55,693 bases of DNA, taken from IMG/VR virus record IMGVR_UViG_3300045120_000102, positions 1-55,693 of that record; one strand, given 5' to 3'. The first letter of the stretch is position 1. Every line of letters starts with the position of its first letter. A model generated the notes under the pieces. That model searched no databases and was not told the origin of the DNA. It saw only the letters and a program-made list of their open reading frames with translations. Below, in pieces: positions 35,641-45,282 of the stretch. The stretch is from a virus (taxonomy: Duplodnaviria; Caudoviricetes). A program made the position numbers and the translations under genes.

Positions 35641-37145
35641 TGCAAATAGTCCTGATTCTGGGCGGCGAACTTGTTGATACTGTACTCGCCGCGCAGCACC
35701 ATTTCCCGCAGAATCGGCCTCGTCAAACGTCCGTTCTTGTCGAACCATTCAGCCATCTCAGGGGTCATCCATTTACGGGCCGTCGCATCGTTCACAGACC
35801 ACAGTTCTTTCGGGTTCACCTTCAACTCGAACGGCTTCCGAACCATGTACCCGTTGGTGGCGTTCTCCGCCTCCAGGGCCATCTCACCGACCCTGCGATG
35901 GAACACCGACGCCAGCAGTTGGTCGAACCCTTCGCCTCTATGGCCTTCCGCGCGTGACTGCGCGATAAAATCCCTGCGCCGGATCGAGCTCACCGATTTG
36001 CCGGTGACCTCGGATTCGGCTTCTGCCGGGTCGGCGCCTTCCTCGATTAGCGCGATTATGCGGTCGGCGTCAGCTTCAGCTTTTGCCGCTTTCCGAGTCT
36101 CGGCGCGGCCTGCGCGTTCAGCTGCGCGGCGTTCGGCGTCCTCGAGCGCTTCGAGCGCCGCGACGGCCGCCTCAACCCGGTCGTCGTCACCGGCGTCGAT
36201 GGCTTCCCTGAGTTCGCGGGCCGCGCGGTTCATCGGTGTCTCGCCGACCGCCTGCGCCGGTTCGGCGGCTACCGCCGTGGGAACACTGTGCAGGTCTTCG
36301 GCATCTACACGCTGCCAGTACTCAAGGGCATGCAGGTAGTCATCCTCAGCGTCCAGCCAAACCGCTGTATCTCTGCGCTCTACGGCCCGCTCTCCTGCTA
36401 CCACGGCCCGCTCACCGCTGGCTCTCTCCATCGCCAACGCAATCTCCTTGGCGCTGCTCGCCCCCGCCCGCGTGGCGGCCTTGTAGTCGGCTTCCCACTG
36501 CTTCACGTACGGGGCCGGCTCAAACGTGCCGCCTTTACGGACGGGTACCGCGGTGCAATGGCAATGATCGTGGTAGCGGTCGCCGAGTTTCTGCGTGCCC
36601 TGGGTGCGGCCACCACGACCGATAACTTTCGTGCGGTACGCGCCGAGCTCCTTGTCGAAAACGACGCCACTAGCTTTGTACAGATACTGCTCGTCACGTG
36701 TGGCTAGCATGCGGCAGAATCCGCACGCCGACGCTGAAGCGTGACGCGCCCAACGGGCACCTTCACGGCCGGCGTTGATGAGCACCGTGTCCCGCGACGC
36801 CCCGAACACCGCACGACTAGCGGTGCCCTTCAGCGCTGATGCCGGGTCGGCTTGAAGCATCGCCCACCGACCCGACGCCGCTAACTGCTCAACCGGCGCC
36901 AACTCTGCGGGCTCAACGACGAACCCGGCGTTCTTCGACGGCTGCTCCCCGTACCACACCGCTGTCGCGCTCGCCGCCGACGCCAGATACGGGGTAGCCA
37001 ACGCCGGGTAGGCGTCACTAATGAACCCCAGCAACTCCGGTTGACTCAACCGACCCAACCTCGGGCCGATCTTGTCTATCCGCGTGCCGAGTTCGTTGCT
37101 GATCCCGGTCAGGAGCCGCTGAAACTCAGCTACCGCCAGCGCCAC
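35637..37145 (-). CDS. MuF-like head morphogenesis protein with long C-terminal extension (start uncertain)
   Basis: WARHASASACGFCRMLATR...YHDHCHCTAVP, then about 270 extra aa. Confidence 0.85.
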   Translation of the reverse strand: MALAVAEFQRLLTGISNELGTRIDKIGPRLGRLSQPELLGFISDAYPALATPYLASAASATAVWYGEQPSKNAGFVVEPAELAPVEQLAASGRWAMLQADPASALKGTASRAVFGASRDTVLINAGREGARWARHASASACGFCRMLATRDEQYLYKASGVVFDKELGAYRTKVIGRGGRTQGTQKLGDRYHDHCHCTAVPVRKGGTFEPAPYVKQWEADYKAATRAGASSAKEIALAMERASGERAVVAGERAVERRDTAVWLDAEDDYLHALEYWQRVDAEDLHSVPTAVAAEPAQAVGETPMNRAARELREAIDAGDDDRVEAAVAALEALEDAERRAAERAGRAETRKAAKAEADADRIIALIEEGADPAEAESEVTGKSVSSIRRRDFIAQSRAEGHRGEGFDQLLASVFHRRVGEMALEAENATNGYMVRKPFELKVNPKELWSVNDATARKWMTPEMAEWFDKNGRLTRPILREMVLRGEYSINKFAAQNQDYLQ

Positions 37146-38619
37146 TGACGGCCTGCTGTGTTGCATTCGGCGGTGGCGGTGGCACAGCGGGCAACTCCGC
37201 GGTCGGCGCCGTCAGTTTGTCGACCAACGACGTAGCCGTGGCGAGCCGCGCACCAGCCATCGCCTGCTTGATCTCCTGAGGAGTCAACCCAAGCAGTTTG
37301 TAACCCACTTCGGTGCCCGCCAACTCCGGCGCCGCAGCCAACTGCTTCATGCCCGCATCCGCTTGCGCCGCGCGGGACTGGTACCGCGGGTCACGCCACA
37401 GCGCGTCAATCGACTTCCATTCAGGCGGCACATCATCCGCGCCGATTTTGTTCAGCATCAGTAGAGCCCGCATGAACGAATTCCGCAGCGCGGGCGTGAA
37501 GTCATCAACCGCGCCCTCCGCTTCGGCGATCAGCTCATACTGCGAAGCGTCATAAGACTCCGCCGAAGTCGGATTCGCCATGTCGGCGATCGCGACAGCC
37601 GTATCCGGCAACTGCGCCTCCCTGGCGAACAGCTTCGCGAGACCGTTGATGTCCGTCCAGTGCGGCTCCGGGGACTGAGCCGGGAACTGCCTCACATCAG
37701 GGCGGGCCAAACTAACATCCACGTCCTGATCATCCGGGATCGCCTTGATCCGACCCAGGCGTATCTCCCACATCGTTTGCTGGGTGCCGTCAGCGTTCCT
37801 GAACACCGAAGCGTCCGCGCCGAGCAACCAAAACTCCGGATAAGAGAACACATCCATGTGCCCCTCGCGGCGAACAAGATTACGCACCGCCGCATCCTGC
37901 AACCCCATGATCGGCCGCGTGATCCGAGACTGCCCGAACGGACGCTTCGGTGCAGGCTTGTACGGCAGCACCTCCGCGGGCACCCCGTACACATGGGGGT
38001 ACCGTTCGACCTCCCATTTTAGGGTCGCTTTGTCGCGGTGAGCTGTGATCGTCTCATCGTCGAGGTATAGGGCGAACTCCAGCAGGTTGCCGTCTTTGTC
38101 CTTGTCGATCACCGACAGCAGATTGTCCAGATGACGGCGGCGACGATTCCACTGCCCTGACGCCTCCGTCGCATCCAGCACGTGGATCAGCGCGCCAGGC
38201 TCGTCGTCCTCGCCGACCGTGTTCACGAGGAACGCCGGGCCGTGCTGCAACGCCGCGACGATCGCCCCGTCAACCTCAGAGTCGAGATGATTGTCATCCC
38301 ACACCTCGGCGCCACCCAAGCTGTCAAGGTCACCGTCAGGCCACACAAACCCATCCAAATTACACCTGCGGGCGAGCGCATCGACCGCCTTACCAGTCCA
38401 ACCAAGAACAAGCCCCAGGTTGTAATACTGCGGCGGGATCATCGTCCCCACGAAACGAACCGACCGCTTATTCTCGTAATACGAGGTGCGCAGCAAATTC
38501 GTCTGACGGCGCCGCTCAATCTCCCCGTGCAGCCCGCAGATGAGGGCGTTCTCATCGTCCGACAAACCAGGAATACGGACGGCCGTCATCTCAGGCAGAT
38601 CAGTGACGGCATACTCCAC
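37126..38619 (-). CDS. Portal protein (SPP1 gp6-like)
   Basis: YYENK, GWTGKAVD, PFGQSRI, NPTSAE. Confidence 0.92.
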   Translation of the reverse strand: MEYAVTDLPEMTAVRIPGLSDDENALICGLHGEIERRRQTNLLRTSYYENKRSVRFVGTMIPPQYYNLGLVLGWTGKAVDALARRCNLDGFVWPDGDLDSLGGAEVWDDNHLDSEVDGAIVAALQHGPAFLVNTVGEDDEPGALIHVLDATEASGQWNRRRRHLDNLLSVIDKDKDGNLLEFALYLDDETITAHRDKATLKWEVERYPHVYGVPAEVLPYKPAPKRPFGQSRITRPIMGLQDAAVRNLVRREGHMDVFSYPEFWLLGADASVFRNADGTQQTMWEIRLGRIKAIPDDQDVDVSLARPDVRQFPAQSPEPHWTDINGLAKLFAREAQLPDTAVAIADMANPTSAESYDASQYELIAEAEGAVDDFTPALRNSFMRALLMLNKIGADDVPPEWKSIDALWRDPRYQSRAAQADAGMKQLAAAPELAGTEVGYKLLGLTPQEIKQAMAGARLATATSLVDKLTAPTAELPAVPPPPPNATQQAVSGAGGS

Positions 38620-40152
38620 CTAGATCACCGACGCGCTTCTACGCCCAGACGACACCCGGCGCCCCAACGACGACGCCCGACCATTCCCGGTCGGCGCACG
38701 CACCGTCATCGCCGCATACAACGCCTCCGTCATCGCGACAGCCGGCCCAATATCGAACGACTCCGACCGCGGCACCAACACCCACCCACCTTGGGCCCGA
38801 TCCTGCCTGCGCGACCCGCGGACAGCGGCCTCTAAATCCGGGTGACCGTCATGCGACAACCTACGTTCCTCCACCATCCCCAACCACAGGGCGTTACCGG
38901 CCCCGACCTCGTTCTGCGTATACGCAGACACCCGGTAACCGGACTGCCGAAGTTTCTCACCCAGCGCCTTCGCAGCACCGGTCGAATCGTGCTTCATCGG
39001 AGTACGACGGGTAGCGTGACGGACCACAAAACTCATCGCCTCCCTCTCTGACTGTGTACCCAATGCGATCTCGACGTGCGCGGAACCACCCTCAGACCAG
39101 CAAGCAGCGACCCAAAACCATCCCCCGCGTGTCGCGTTGATCCCGAACGAAGAAACCTCGGGCAGATTGTCCGGCCGCGCAGCCAAACTGTTCCAGTCGT
39201 CCTTCGGTATAACTGCGATCGTTTCGTTGGTCTTATCCCAAATGCCGAACACTTCGCGCAGCACATTCTCCGGCGACATGTTCTCCACGAGGCGCTCGAT
39301 CGCGGACTTACCGACCCTGAAACCGTAAGAAGGGTTCGCCTCGGCGAGTGACTCCCAGAACCCTGGGGAATCAATGTCGTCAGCCACAACGTCGTGAGGG
39401 GACTCCGGGGAGAACTCCACGAAGACACCCTTGAACGGCCGCCGCCTCTTCAAGTCCAGCGCCCGATCCCTGCGCCGCTTAAACGCTTCGTTCACGCCGA
39501 GCGCCACCTCCGCCGGCCGCGGAGGGGTACCCATGAAGAACGCCAAACCGACATCGGACACGTTCATCGCCGCGAGCATGTCAGTCAACGCCGCCTCGCG
39601 AAGGTTCTGACACTCGTCATACACCTGAATATCGACTTCAGAGAAGCCGCGACCGAACCCCGACGAACGGGCACCGAACAATATTCGCGACCCGTTCTCG
39701 AAATGAACACCACGGTTGTCATCCGCGAAAACGACCGGATACGAGGCACGCATCTTCGGCCGAATGGCAGGCTTCTCCACAATGCCCGCGATTTTCGTCA
39801 ACGTCTCCGACGATGTGCGGTCGTGGTGCGATGACCAAATCACCAACGTTCCCGGACGTGACAGGCAGATCGCGATCAATCCGACCATGACAGCCCAAGT
39901 TTTCCCGGCCTGCCTGGAGATACTCAAAGTCACGCCCATGACATCGCAGGCAAGCGAACCGTCCGCGCGCAACCCAAGGGCCGCGTACCAGATATCTTCC
40001 TGCCACCGGTCCAGCACTACGCCCATCCCGGGCAGCTCCGGTGCGATCAATTCGCCGTACCGGGTGAACACCATGTCATCCGGGACGATGCAATGCCGGG
40101 CGGCCTCGACGAGCGGGGCCGGATTAGCCAGACTTACGGAAGCGGGCGGCAT
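38620..40152 (-). CDS. terL: Terminase large subunit
   Basis: Walker A SRQAGKT, Walker B QVYDE, GTPP, EANPS. Confidence 0.93.
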   Translation of the reverse strand: MPPASVSLANPAPLVEAARHCIVPDDMVFTRYGELIAPELPGMGVVLDRWQEDIWYAALGLRADGSLACDVMGVTLSISRQAGKTWAVMVGLIAICLSRPGTLVIWSSHHDRTSSETLTKIAGIVEKPAIRPKMRASYPVVFADDNRGVHFENGSRILFGARSSGFGRGFSEVDIQVYDECQNLREAALTDMLAAMNVSDVGLAFFMGTPPRPAEVALGVNEAFKRRRDRALDLKRRRPFKGVFVEFSPESPHDVVADDIDSPGFWESLAEANPSYGFRVGKSAIERLVENMSPENVLREVFGIWDKTNETIAVIPKDDWNSLAARPDNLPEVSSFGINATRGGWFWVAACWSEGGSAHVEIALGTQSEREAMSFVVRHATRRTPMKHDSTGAAKALGEKLRQSGYRVSAYTQNEVGAGNALWLGMVEERRLSHDGHPDLEAAVRGSRRQDRAQGGWVLVPRSESFDIGPAVAMTEALYAAMTVRAPTGNGRASSLGRRVSSGRRSASVI

Positions 40153-40375
40153 CGAACGCAACCACCTTGCCAGACTCCCCAGCATCTGAAGCGCCAGATA
40201 CCTGCGCACGCAACCGCAGAATCTCGGCCTTAGTCCGCTCAATCTGACCATTCAACTGCGACCGCATCGTCGGCAGATTTTCAAAAGCCTGAGATAACAA
40301 AAGGTACCGCAGCTCCGCCTCGCCAAGCTCATCACCGGCGACCATCGCTTCATTCAACGTCGCATAGTTAGCCAT
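40124..40375 (-). CDS. terS: Terminase small subunit
   Basis: Small helical ORF overlapping terL; GGAAGG RBS. Confidence 0.7.
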   Translation of the reverse strand: MANYATLNEAMVAGDELGEAELRYLLLSQAFENLPTMRSQLNGQIERTKAEILRLRAQVSGASDAGESGKVVAFDAARFRKSG

Positions 40376-40503
40376 CAGAGCCACCTTCCAAACCCGTCGG
40401 TTTCCGCCCGACGTAGGCGTGACTGCGCCGCAGTGGCACAGAGGTTTTCGGACCGGATTAACGTCAACGCTCTCCGGTGGCGTGCGCTGCTAAACTTGGC
40501 AGC

Positions 40504-41049
40504 ATGTGCAAAGTGGATTCTTGCGATCGCTCTCCTCATGTGCGCGGCTATTGCCGCGGGCACTACGAGCGCGTAGTCATGCACGGAGACCCACGCACTG
40601 GCGATCCCCTTCGCTCACCAGGCGTGCGTCACAAGTGTGGCGTTGAGGGCTGCGTTCACCCCAGTAAGGCAAGGAACATGTGCAACACGCACTACTACCG
40701 CTGGTTCACAACCGGAAGTACTGATGCGCCTGACGCTCCTCCGACTAGGAAGAGTGGGGATCGGTTACTACTAAATGACGATGGTTACCGAACTGTTTAT
40801 CTTCCTGGTCATCCGATGTCGAATGCCGCAGGCATCGTCTTTGAGCATCGACTGGTGATGGCGCAGAGCCTTCAGCGCAACTTGCTCCGCAGTGAGACCG
40901 TCCACCACCGAAATGGGATTCGTGCCGACAACCGTATTGAAAACCTGGAGCTTTGGAGCAAGGCGCACCCAACAGGCCAACGCGTAGAGGACAAGGCCCT
41001 CTGGGCAGAAGAGTTCCTACGCTTATACGCGCCCGAGAAGCTTAAATGA
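40504..41049 (+). CDS. HNH homing endonuclease with two Cys/His Zn-finger repeats, antisense insertion
   Basis: EHRLVM...VHHRNGIRADNRIENL; TAAACT -10 before ATG. Confidence 0.9.
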   Translation: MCKVDSCDRSPHVRGYCRGHYERVVMHGDPRTGDPLRSPGVRHKCGVEGCVHPSKARNMCNTHYYRWFTTGSTDAPDAPPTRKSGDRLLLNDDGYRTVYLPGHPMSNAAGIVFEHRLVMAQSLQRNLLRSETVHHRNGIRADNRIENLELWSKAHPTGQRVEDKALWAEEFLRLYAPEKLK

Positions 41050-41368
41050 AGCGCGGGTTCACATACGACGCACGAACCAACACCACACCACCAGCAGACT
41101 TCTCCCGATTGCACTGCCGACACACCGCCTGGCAATTATCCAACGCATCAGCCTCAACTACCGACCAACCCAAACGCATAGCCTCATCAGAACTGACAAT
41201 ATGGTCAACCTCAAACGAACGAGGGTGCGGCGGGCGGGCCTCATAGTCGATCAGCCCGCCAAACGCCTGGCAATCAGCCGTAATCTGCAACGCACACGGA
41301 TCATCCCCATCACGCCGACGAACCTCAGCCCGACGACGAGTCCGGATCGTGGTCGACGAGAACGGCAC
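41042..41368 (-). CDS. Packaging-associated HNH endonuclease
   Basis: FEVDHI...NCQAVCRQCNREKS; lies between candidate cos and terminase. Confidence 0.85.
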   Translation of the reverse strand: MPFSSTTIRTRRRAEVRRRDGDDPCALQITADCQAFGGLIDYEARPPHPRSFEVDHIVSSDEAMRLGWSVVEADALDNCQAVCRQCNREKSAGGVVLVRASYVNPRFI

Positions 41369-41420
41369 GCCAACCTCCTACCCGAAATCCCCCATCCCTG
41401 GGTGACACACACACTGGCCT

Positions 41421-41431
41421 ATGCCGGGAGA
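41421..41431 (-). other. Candidate cos 3' overhang TCTCCCGGCAT
   Basis: Intergenic site upstream of the packaging HNH; ends GGCAT like the overhangs I recall for mycobacteriophage clusters F/G/K; preceded by a G/C-run block. Confidence 0.55.
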
Positions 41432-41516
41432 GGCGGTGGTGGTGGCTTGTGGGGGTGGTCCCCCTGGGGCCTATCGTGTCGCCGCGTTGAGTAGGCGTGT
41501 TCCTGGCCAAGGGCAC

Positions 41517-41804
41517 TTATGGGCGGACGCTTGGGTCTAGCCATGCGTGGTAGGCGTCCCGGTATTGGGGACAGACGTTCAGTTCTGCTTCGGTCTGATC
41601 CCGCCATGCCTTGGCTGACTCGTTGGTCGATCCGTCGCCGCCTATTGCGGCCATCATCGCGAGGCTGTTGAACGCTGCCGGGCCTTCTTTGTCGAGCAGT
41701 GTGCAGGTTGTGTTTGTGGCTGGTGCCTGTGATCCGCAAGCGGCGACCAATGCGAGGACGGTCACGGCGGCGGTCAGCCACATGGTGCGGGGTGCGGGTG
41801 GCAT
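41517..41804 (-). CDS. Putative lipoprotein
   Basis: Signal peptide with lipobox VAAC. Confidence 0.65.
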   Translation of the reverse strand: MPPAPRTMWLTAAVTVLALVAACGSQAPATNTTCTLLDKEGPAAFNSLAMMAAIGGDGSTNESAKAWRDQTEAELNVCPQYRDAYHAWLDPSVRP

Positions 41805-41812
41805 GGCGTTGA

Positions 41813-42136
41813 TTATCCCGGAGGAGGGGAGAACGGGCAATCAGCCGAGGCACCTATAGTGCTGCCCGAGTAGTACACCCACAGAGTATCAACCCACGGT
41901 CCGTTACCCGTTCCGAACGGGCTCCCTGTCCAATACGACCAGACGTACAGTCTGCCGCCGCAGCACGCCTCATACTTACGTCGGAACGGTGACCAAGAGA
42001 AGCGGGTGCGCCACGGACGGAACTCGTACCTGTACCGGGTAACTTGGCGGGTCTTCCGGCACGGATAAGGGAAGATCCATCGCCAACAGATGGACCAATA
42101 CGTGACTGTGACTGTTTCCCGGTCGCCGCATGCCAT
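41813..42136 (-). CDS. Trp/Arg/Tyr/Cys-rich protein
   Basis: TGATG coupling to the upstream gene. Confidence 0.6.
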   Translation of the reverse strand: MACGDRETVTVTYWSICWRWIFPYPCRKTRQVTRYRYEFRPWRTRFSWSPFRRKYEACCGGRLYVWSYWTGSPFGTGNGPWVDTLWVYYSGSTIGASADCPFSPPPG

Positions 42137-42474
42137 CAGGAGGTCGGTTCGACCGCTTCGTCGGCGGCCTTCAATGCGTCGAGGTCGGACTGGAATGCGG
42201 CTGCATCTTCGGCTTCCTTGGCGGCGAGCTGACTCGCATCGGTCACCGCGTCGTCGGCTACGAAAGCCTGCAAAGCGTCGGCATTCTCCTGCGCCTTCAC
42301 AGCGTTCGCCTCAGCGAGAGCGAGAGCGGCGTCCCTTTGCGCTTTCAGCTCCTCGGCGTAGCTCCGGTAGTCGGCGCGTACCTGCTCGATAGTGGCGGCC
42401 ATAGCGGTCAGTACTCCTTCGATGCGGTTCAGTTGGTTGATGATCGGTTGTAACAGCCATTCAGTGAAGGTCAT
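42136..42474 (-). CDS. Ala-rich coiled-coil protein
   Basis: AGGAAGG RBS. Confidence 0.75.
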   Translation of the reverse strand: MTFTEWLLQPIINQLNRIEGVLTAMAATIEQVRADYRSYAEELKAQRDAALALAEANAVKAQENADALQAFVADDAVTDASQLAAKEAEDAAAFQSDLDALKAADEAVEPTS

Positions 42475-42560
42475 GTCGCCTTCCTGGTTTGCTGTGGTTG
42501 TGGACCTGAAACGGTCCGACCTGCAGTTATTGCTAGGATTTTCGGGCTGAGCCGTCCGGG

Positions 42561-42767
42561 TCACTCTGACGGGTTCTTTGCTGCCTGCTGCCGGGGCGCA
42601 CTTCCCCAGAACATGTCCACAGAGACATGGGAGGCACCGGCGAGTTTGGCGTCGAGCAGTAGATCCATCTCACGGCGCTCCCACCGAACCTGCCGCATAT
42701 CCCCACGCTCAGCAGCGTTCCGTATCCGCCTGCACCGGCGTTTGAACTCTTCGGTGGTGGGTTGCAT
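42561..42767 (-). CDS. Small basic protein
   Basis: GGGGAGG RBS. Confidence 0.6.
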   Translation of the reverse strand: MQPTTEEFKRRCRRIRNAAERGDMRQVRWERREMDLLLDAKLAGASHVSVDMFWGSAPRQQAAKNPSE

Positions 42768-42983
42768 CAGGGGAACCTCCCCGACAAACGTGGTCAGCGT
42801 GCAGACATGCGAAAGCCTCATAGAAGGCGGATCATCAGGGGGAACCTCGGCTTGGAGGCATCGCTTCGGTATGAACCATGTTTTAGACATGGTGAACCGA
42901 TGCCGCCACCATAACAGACAAACCGCAGACCAGGCAGACAACTAGTGCGGCGTGTCGATTGGCGGGTCGTTGTCGGCCAACGG

Positions 42984-43190
42984 TCATTGTTCGGGGTTGT
43001 CTCGGATCATGTCGGCCGCGATGCTCAATTTGGCGAACTCCAGTAGTCCGAGCGTGTCGAGCATGGTCAGTCCTTCGCTGGTGTCCACGTTCACGTCGTC
43101 GCGGTCGTCGGGGTTGTCGCGTGTGGGGTAGTAACGCCTGGTGATCGTGACCGTTGAGACGACCACGTCCTGGTGGTCATCGTCATCCAT
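42984..43190 (-). CDS. Small acidic protein
   Basis: TLGLLEFAK motif; overlap. Confidence 0.6.
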   Translation of the reverse strand: MDDDDHQDVVVSTVTITRRYYPTRDNPDDRDDVNVDTSEGLTMLDTLGLLEFAKLSIAADMIRDNPEQ

Positions 43191-43476
43191 TGGGGTCGTC
43201 CCTTACTCCGATGCATGGGCTTTGGCATGGCGTGCCTTCCGGTTCGGCGTTGTAGCCGTATCGCATTCTGCTTTCGTCTGGGTTGCAGCGACCCTTGCCG
43301 ATGTGGCCGCTGTCGAGTGCGTGGACCCAGCCTGTCTTTGGGTTTCCTGCCGCGATGGTTCTTCCGCAGTGTTTGCATGACTGTCCGGGGCCGAAGTCTG
43401 GTTCGTCGTCCGAAGGTGCTTCGTCAAGGCTGCTCGCTAGGGTCCACCTCGGCGCGCCGGTCCTTTCATTCCTCAC
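43183..43476 (-). CDS. Hypothetical Cys-containing protein
   Basis: CKHCG..WVH; GTGA overlap. Confidence 0.55.
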   Translation of the reverse strand: MRNERTGAPRWTLASSLDEAPSDDEPDFGPGQSCKHCGRTIAAGNPKTGWVHALDSGHIGKGRCNPDESRMRYGYNAEPEGTPCQSPCIGVRDDPNG

Positions 43477-44150
43477 TGTAAAACGCCGGCCGGGAGCGGG
43501 TATCCGAGCGTCGCAGCCAGCAGCGAAAAATGCTGGGGAGACCACGTGTATCGGCAGTGCTGGCATGTGCAACCCTCAGCACTGATCTGCAACGCAGGCC
43601 GGCGGACCTGTTCGCCGGCGTATTCGCGGTAAACGACACCGACACCGCAGGCGGGGCACGGGTTCGGGAGAGTGCATTTAGGGGCGTCTGTGAGCAGATC
43701 GCGGATCTTGTCGCACCACCCGAGGATGCTGTTCGTGTAGCTGTCAATCAAACCGCAATCCTGCGGCCGCCACTTTCTCCGTTCGAGCAGTTGTAGGCGT
43801 TGCACTGTCGGCCAGGTGTCCTCATACGCCCACTCCCACACGGTTGGCAGCGGGATCGGCCAGTGCGGCTCCCAGCCTGTCACTGTCTGGTCGATCAAGT
43901 GCCGCAAATCCGATGCATCTAGCCACATCGGCGGTGTTGATGCCGATACCCCTGCCCGGTGCCTTCGTTCACCCGGTACAGCCTCCACCAGCTGTGTGTA
44001 CAAAGAATCCAGCCATTCGATTTTGATGTGCCCGTCTTCGAGGTGCCGCGTTTCCGGCTTCGGATCGATCAACTTAGAGATCGCATCGGATAGGCGTTGT
44101 TTCGCTCCGATCACATCACCATCAGGCGCTACGTTCACAGCGTTAGGCAC
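43473..44150 (-). CDS. Conserved genome-end protein with C-terminal Zn finger (possible late regulator)
   Basis: SLYTQL..PPMWLDA..WRPQD..CPACG..CQHC; GAGGAGG RBS. Confidence 0.75.
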   Translation of the reverse strand: MPNAVNVAPDGDVIGAKQRLSDAISKLIDPKPETRHLEDGHIKIEWLDSLYTQLVEAVPGERRHRAGVSASTPPMWLDASDLRHLIDQTVTGWEPHWPIPLPTVWEWAYEDTWPTVQRLQLLERRKWRPQDCGLIDSYTNSILGWCDKIRDLLTDAPKCTLPNPCPACGVGVVYREYAGEQVRRPALQISAEGCTCQHCRYTWSPQHFSLLAATLGYPLPAGVLQ

Positions 44151-44422
44151 TAGTCCTCCTCGTGGTGCGCCCAGTTGGTCAAATGCTTCTCCGTCCACCG
44201 TTCCTCAGCCGCCTCGCTCAACTTCCGGGTCGGCTTCACACCCAAATTGACGGCGAAGTTCCGGCCGTCCGGCGTGCCGATGTTCATCCACCACGAACCC
44301 GTGTCCATGACTTCAAAATGCAGGCTTACGTTGGTGGCGACTATCTCGTCTATCACATCCCCGTAGTACCTGAACTCGATGTGCTCGTTCGGTTTGTCGA
44401 TCCGGTGTTCACCGTCGCTCAT
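44150..44422 (-). CDS. Hypothetical protein
   Basis: DEIVA...HFEVMD..WW motif. Confidence 0.7.
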   Translation of the reverse strand: MSDGEHRIDKPNEHIEFRYYGDVIDEIVATNVSLHFEVMDTGSWWMNIGTPDGRNFAVNLGVKPTRKLSEAAEERWTEKHLTNWAHHEED

Positions 44423-44694
44423 TCGGTCGCCCACTTTGTGACGTATCGAGTGACGACGTATCCGCCGTCGAGGTTGGTGGCGTCTTCTTCGGCATCGGAC
44501 CTTTGATCCCCGGAATGGGTGTACGGAACAGGTGCGCCGGGGTCATCTACAGCGGAGGCCCACTGCTGGCTCAGTCCTAACTGTTCGACAATCACCTCAG
44601 CGACGTACGCCGCCCACCCAGGCGTTAAGGCATCTTTCCAGTAGTCATTCTCCCGGACGATGGCCGCTATGCGGTCGGTGATGGAATCACTCAT
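44419..44694 (-). CDS. Hypothetical protein
   Basis: ATGA overlap. Confidence 0.7.
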   Translation of the reverse strand: MSDSITDRIAAIVRENDYWKDALTPGWAAYVAEVIVEQLGLSQQWASAVDDPGAPVPYTHSGDQRSDAEEDATNLDGGYVVTRYVTKWATE

Positions 44695-44845
44695 CGTTCA
44701 TCCTCGTAGGTTTCGGGGTCGGCCTCACTGAACCCGTCGCACGTGCAAACCAACAACAAGTGGTCACTGACGTGGCATCGGTTGTTATCTTCGGGGGCGT
44801 GCATATACCGGGTATGGCTGCACACGCAACGCACTCCGGGAGCGG

Positions 44846-45076
44846 TCACATTGCCTCCCTTGCGTCTAGGTATTCACGTATCCGCGCCAACGACGGACCC
44901 AGATCCACCTTCGGCTTCTCGGGTTTCTCGGCCCGCCTAGCGGCCTCCCGTTCCCGGCGCCTATCCGAGTCCTGTTTCTGCGCCTTCTTACACGGAACAC
45001 ACAACGGGGTTCCAGCACGATGATGGCGCTGCACACCCGCCATATCACCGTGCCGTGCATTCTTCAGACGCTTCAC
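44846..45076 (-). CDS. Small Zn-finger-like protein
   Basis: HG..G..RH..G.P.C.PC motif. Confidence 0.65.
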   Translation of the reverse strand: MKRLKNARHGDMAGVQRHHRAGTPLCVPCKKAQKQDSDRRREREAARRAEKPEKPKVDLGPSLARIREYLDAREAM

Positions 45077-45282
45077 CGCGCACCGCCGTGGATCGCCTCA
45101 GCGGCCCGCTTTTGTTCCTCGGTAATCGGGACGTACTCGTAGCAGGAATCGGGATCGAAAACGTTGATAGGTCGGTCCCGGATCAGACGCGCATCGTGGG
45201 TGTGCTCCCAGAACGGCAGCCCGCAACGATCACAGCACGCGAACGACTGACCGATCCACATAAACCCCCTACAGGCGCTCAT
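45073..45282 (-). CDS. Small Cys-rich protein
   Basis: CRGF.WIGQ..CDRCG.P.WEH. Confidence 0.65.
   Translation of the reverse strand: MSACRGFMWIGQSFACCDRCGLPFWEHTHDARLIRDRPINVFDPDSCYEYVPITEEQKRAAEAIHGGAR

Noticed and set aside
38620-40152. Intein in terminase or helicase
   Set aside because: Normal lengths; no C...HN splice motifs or LAGLIDADG blocks seen
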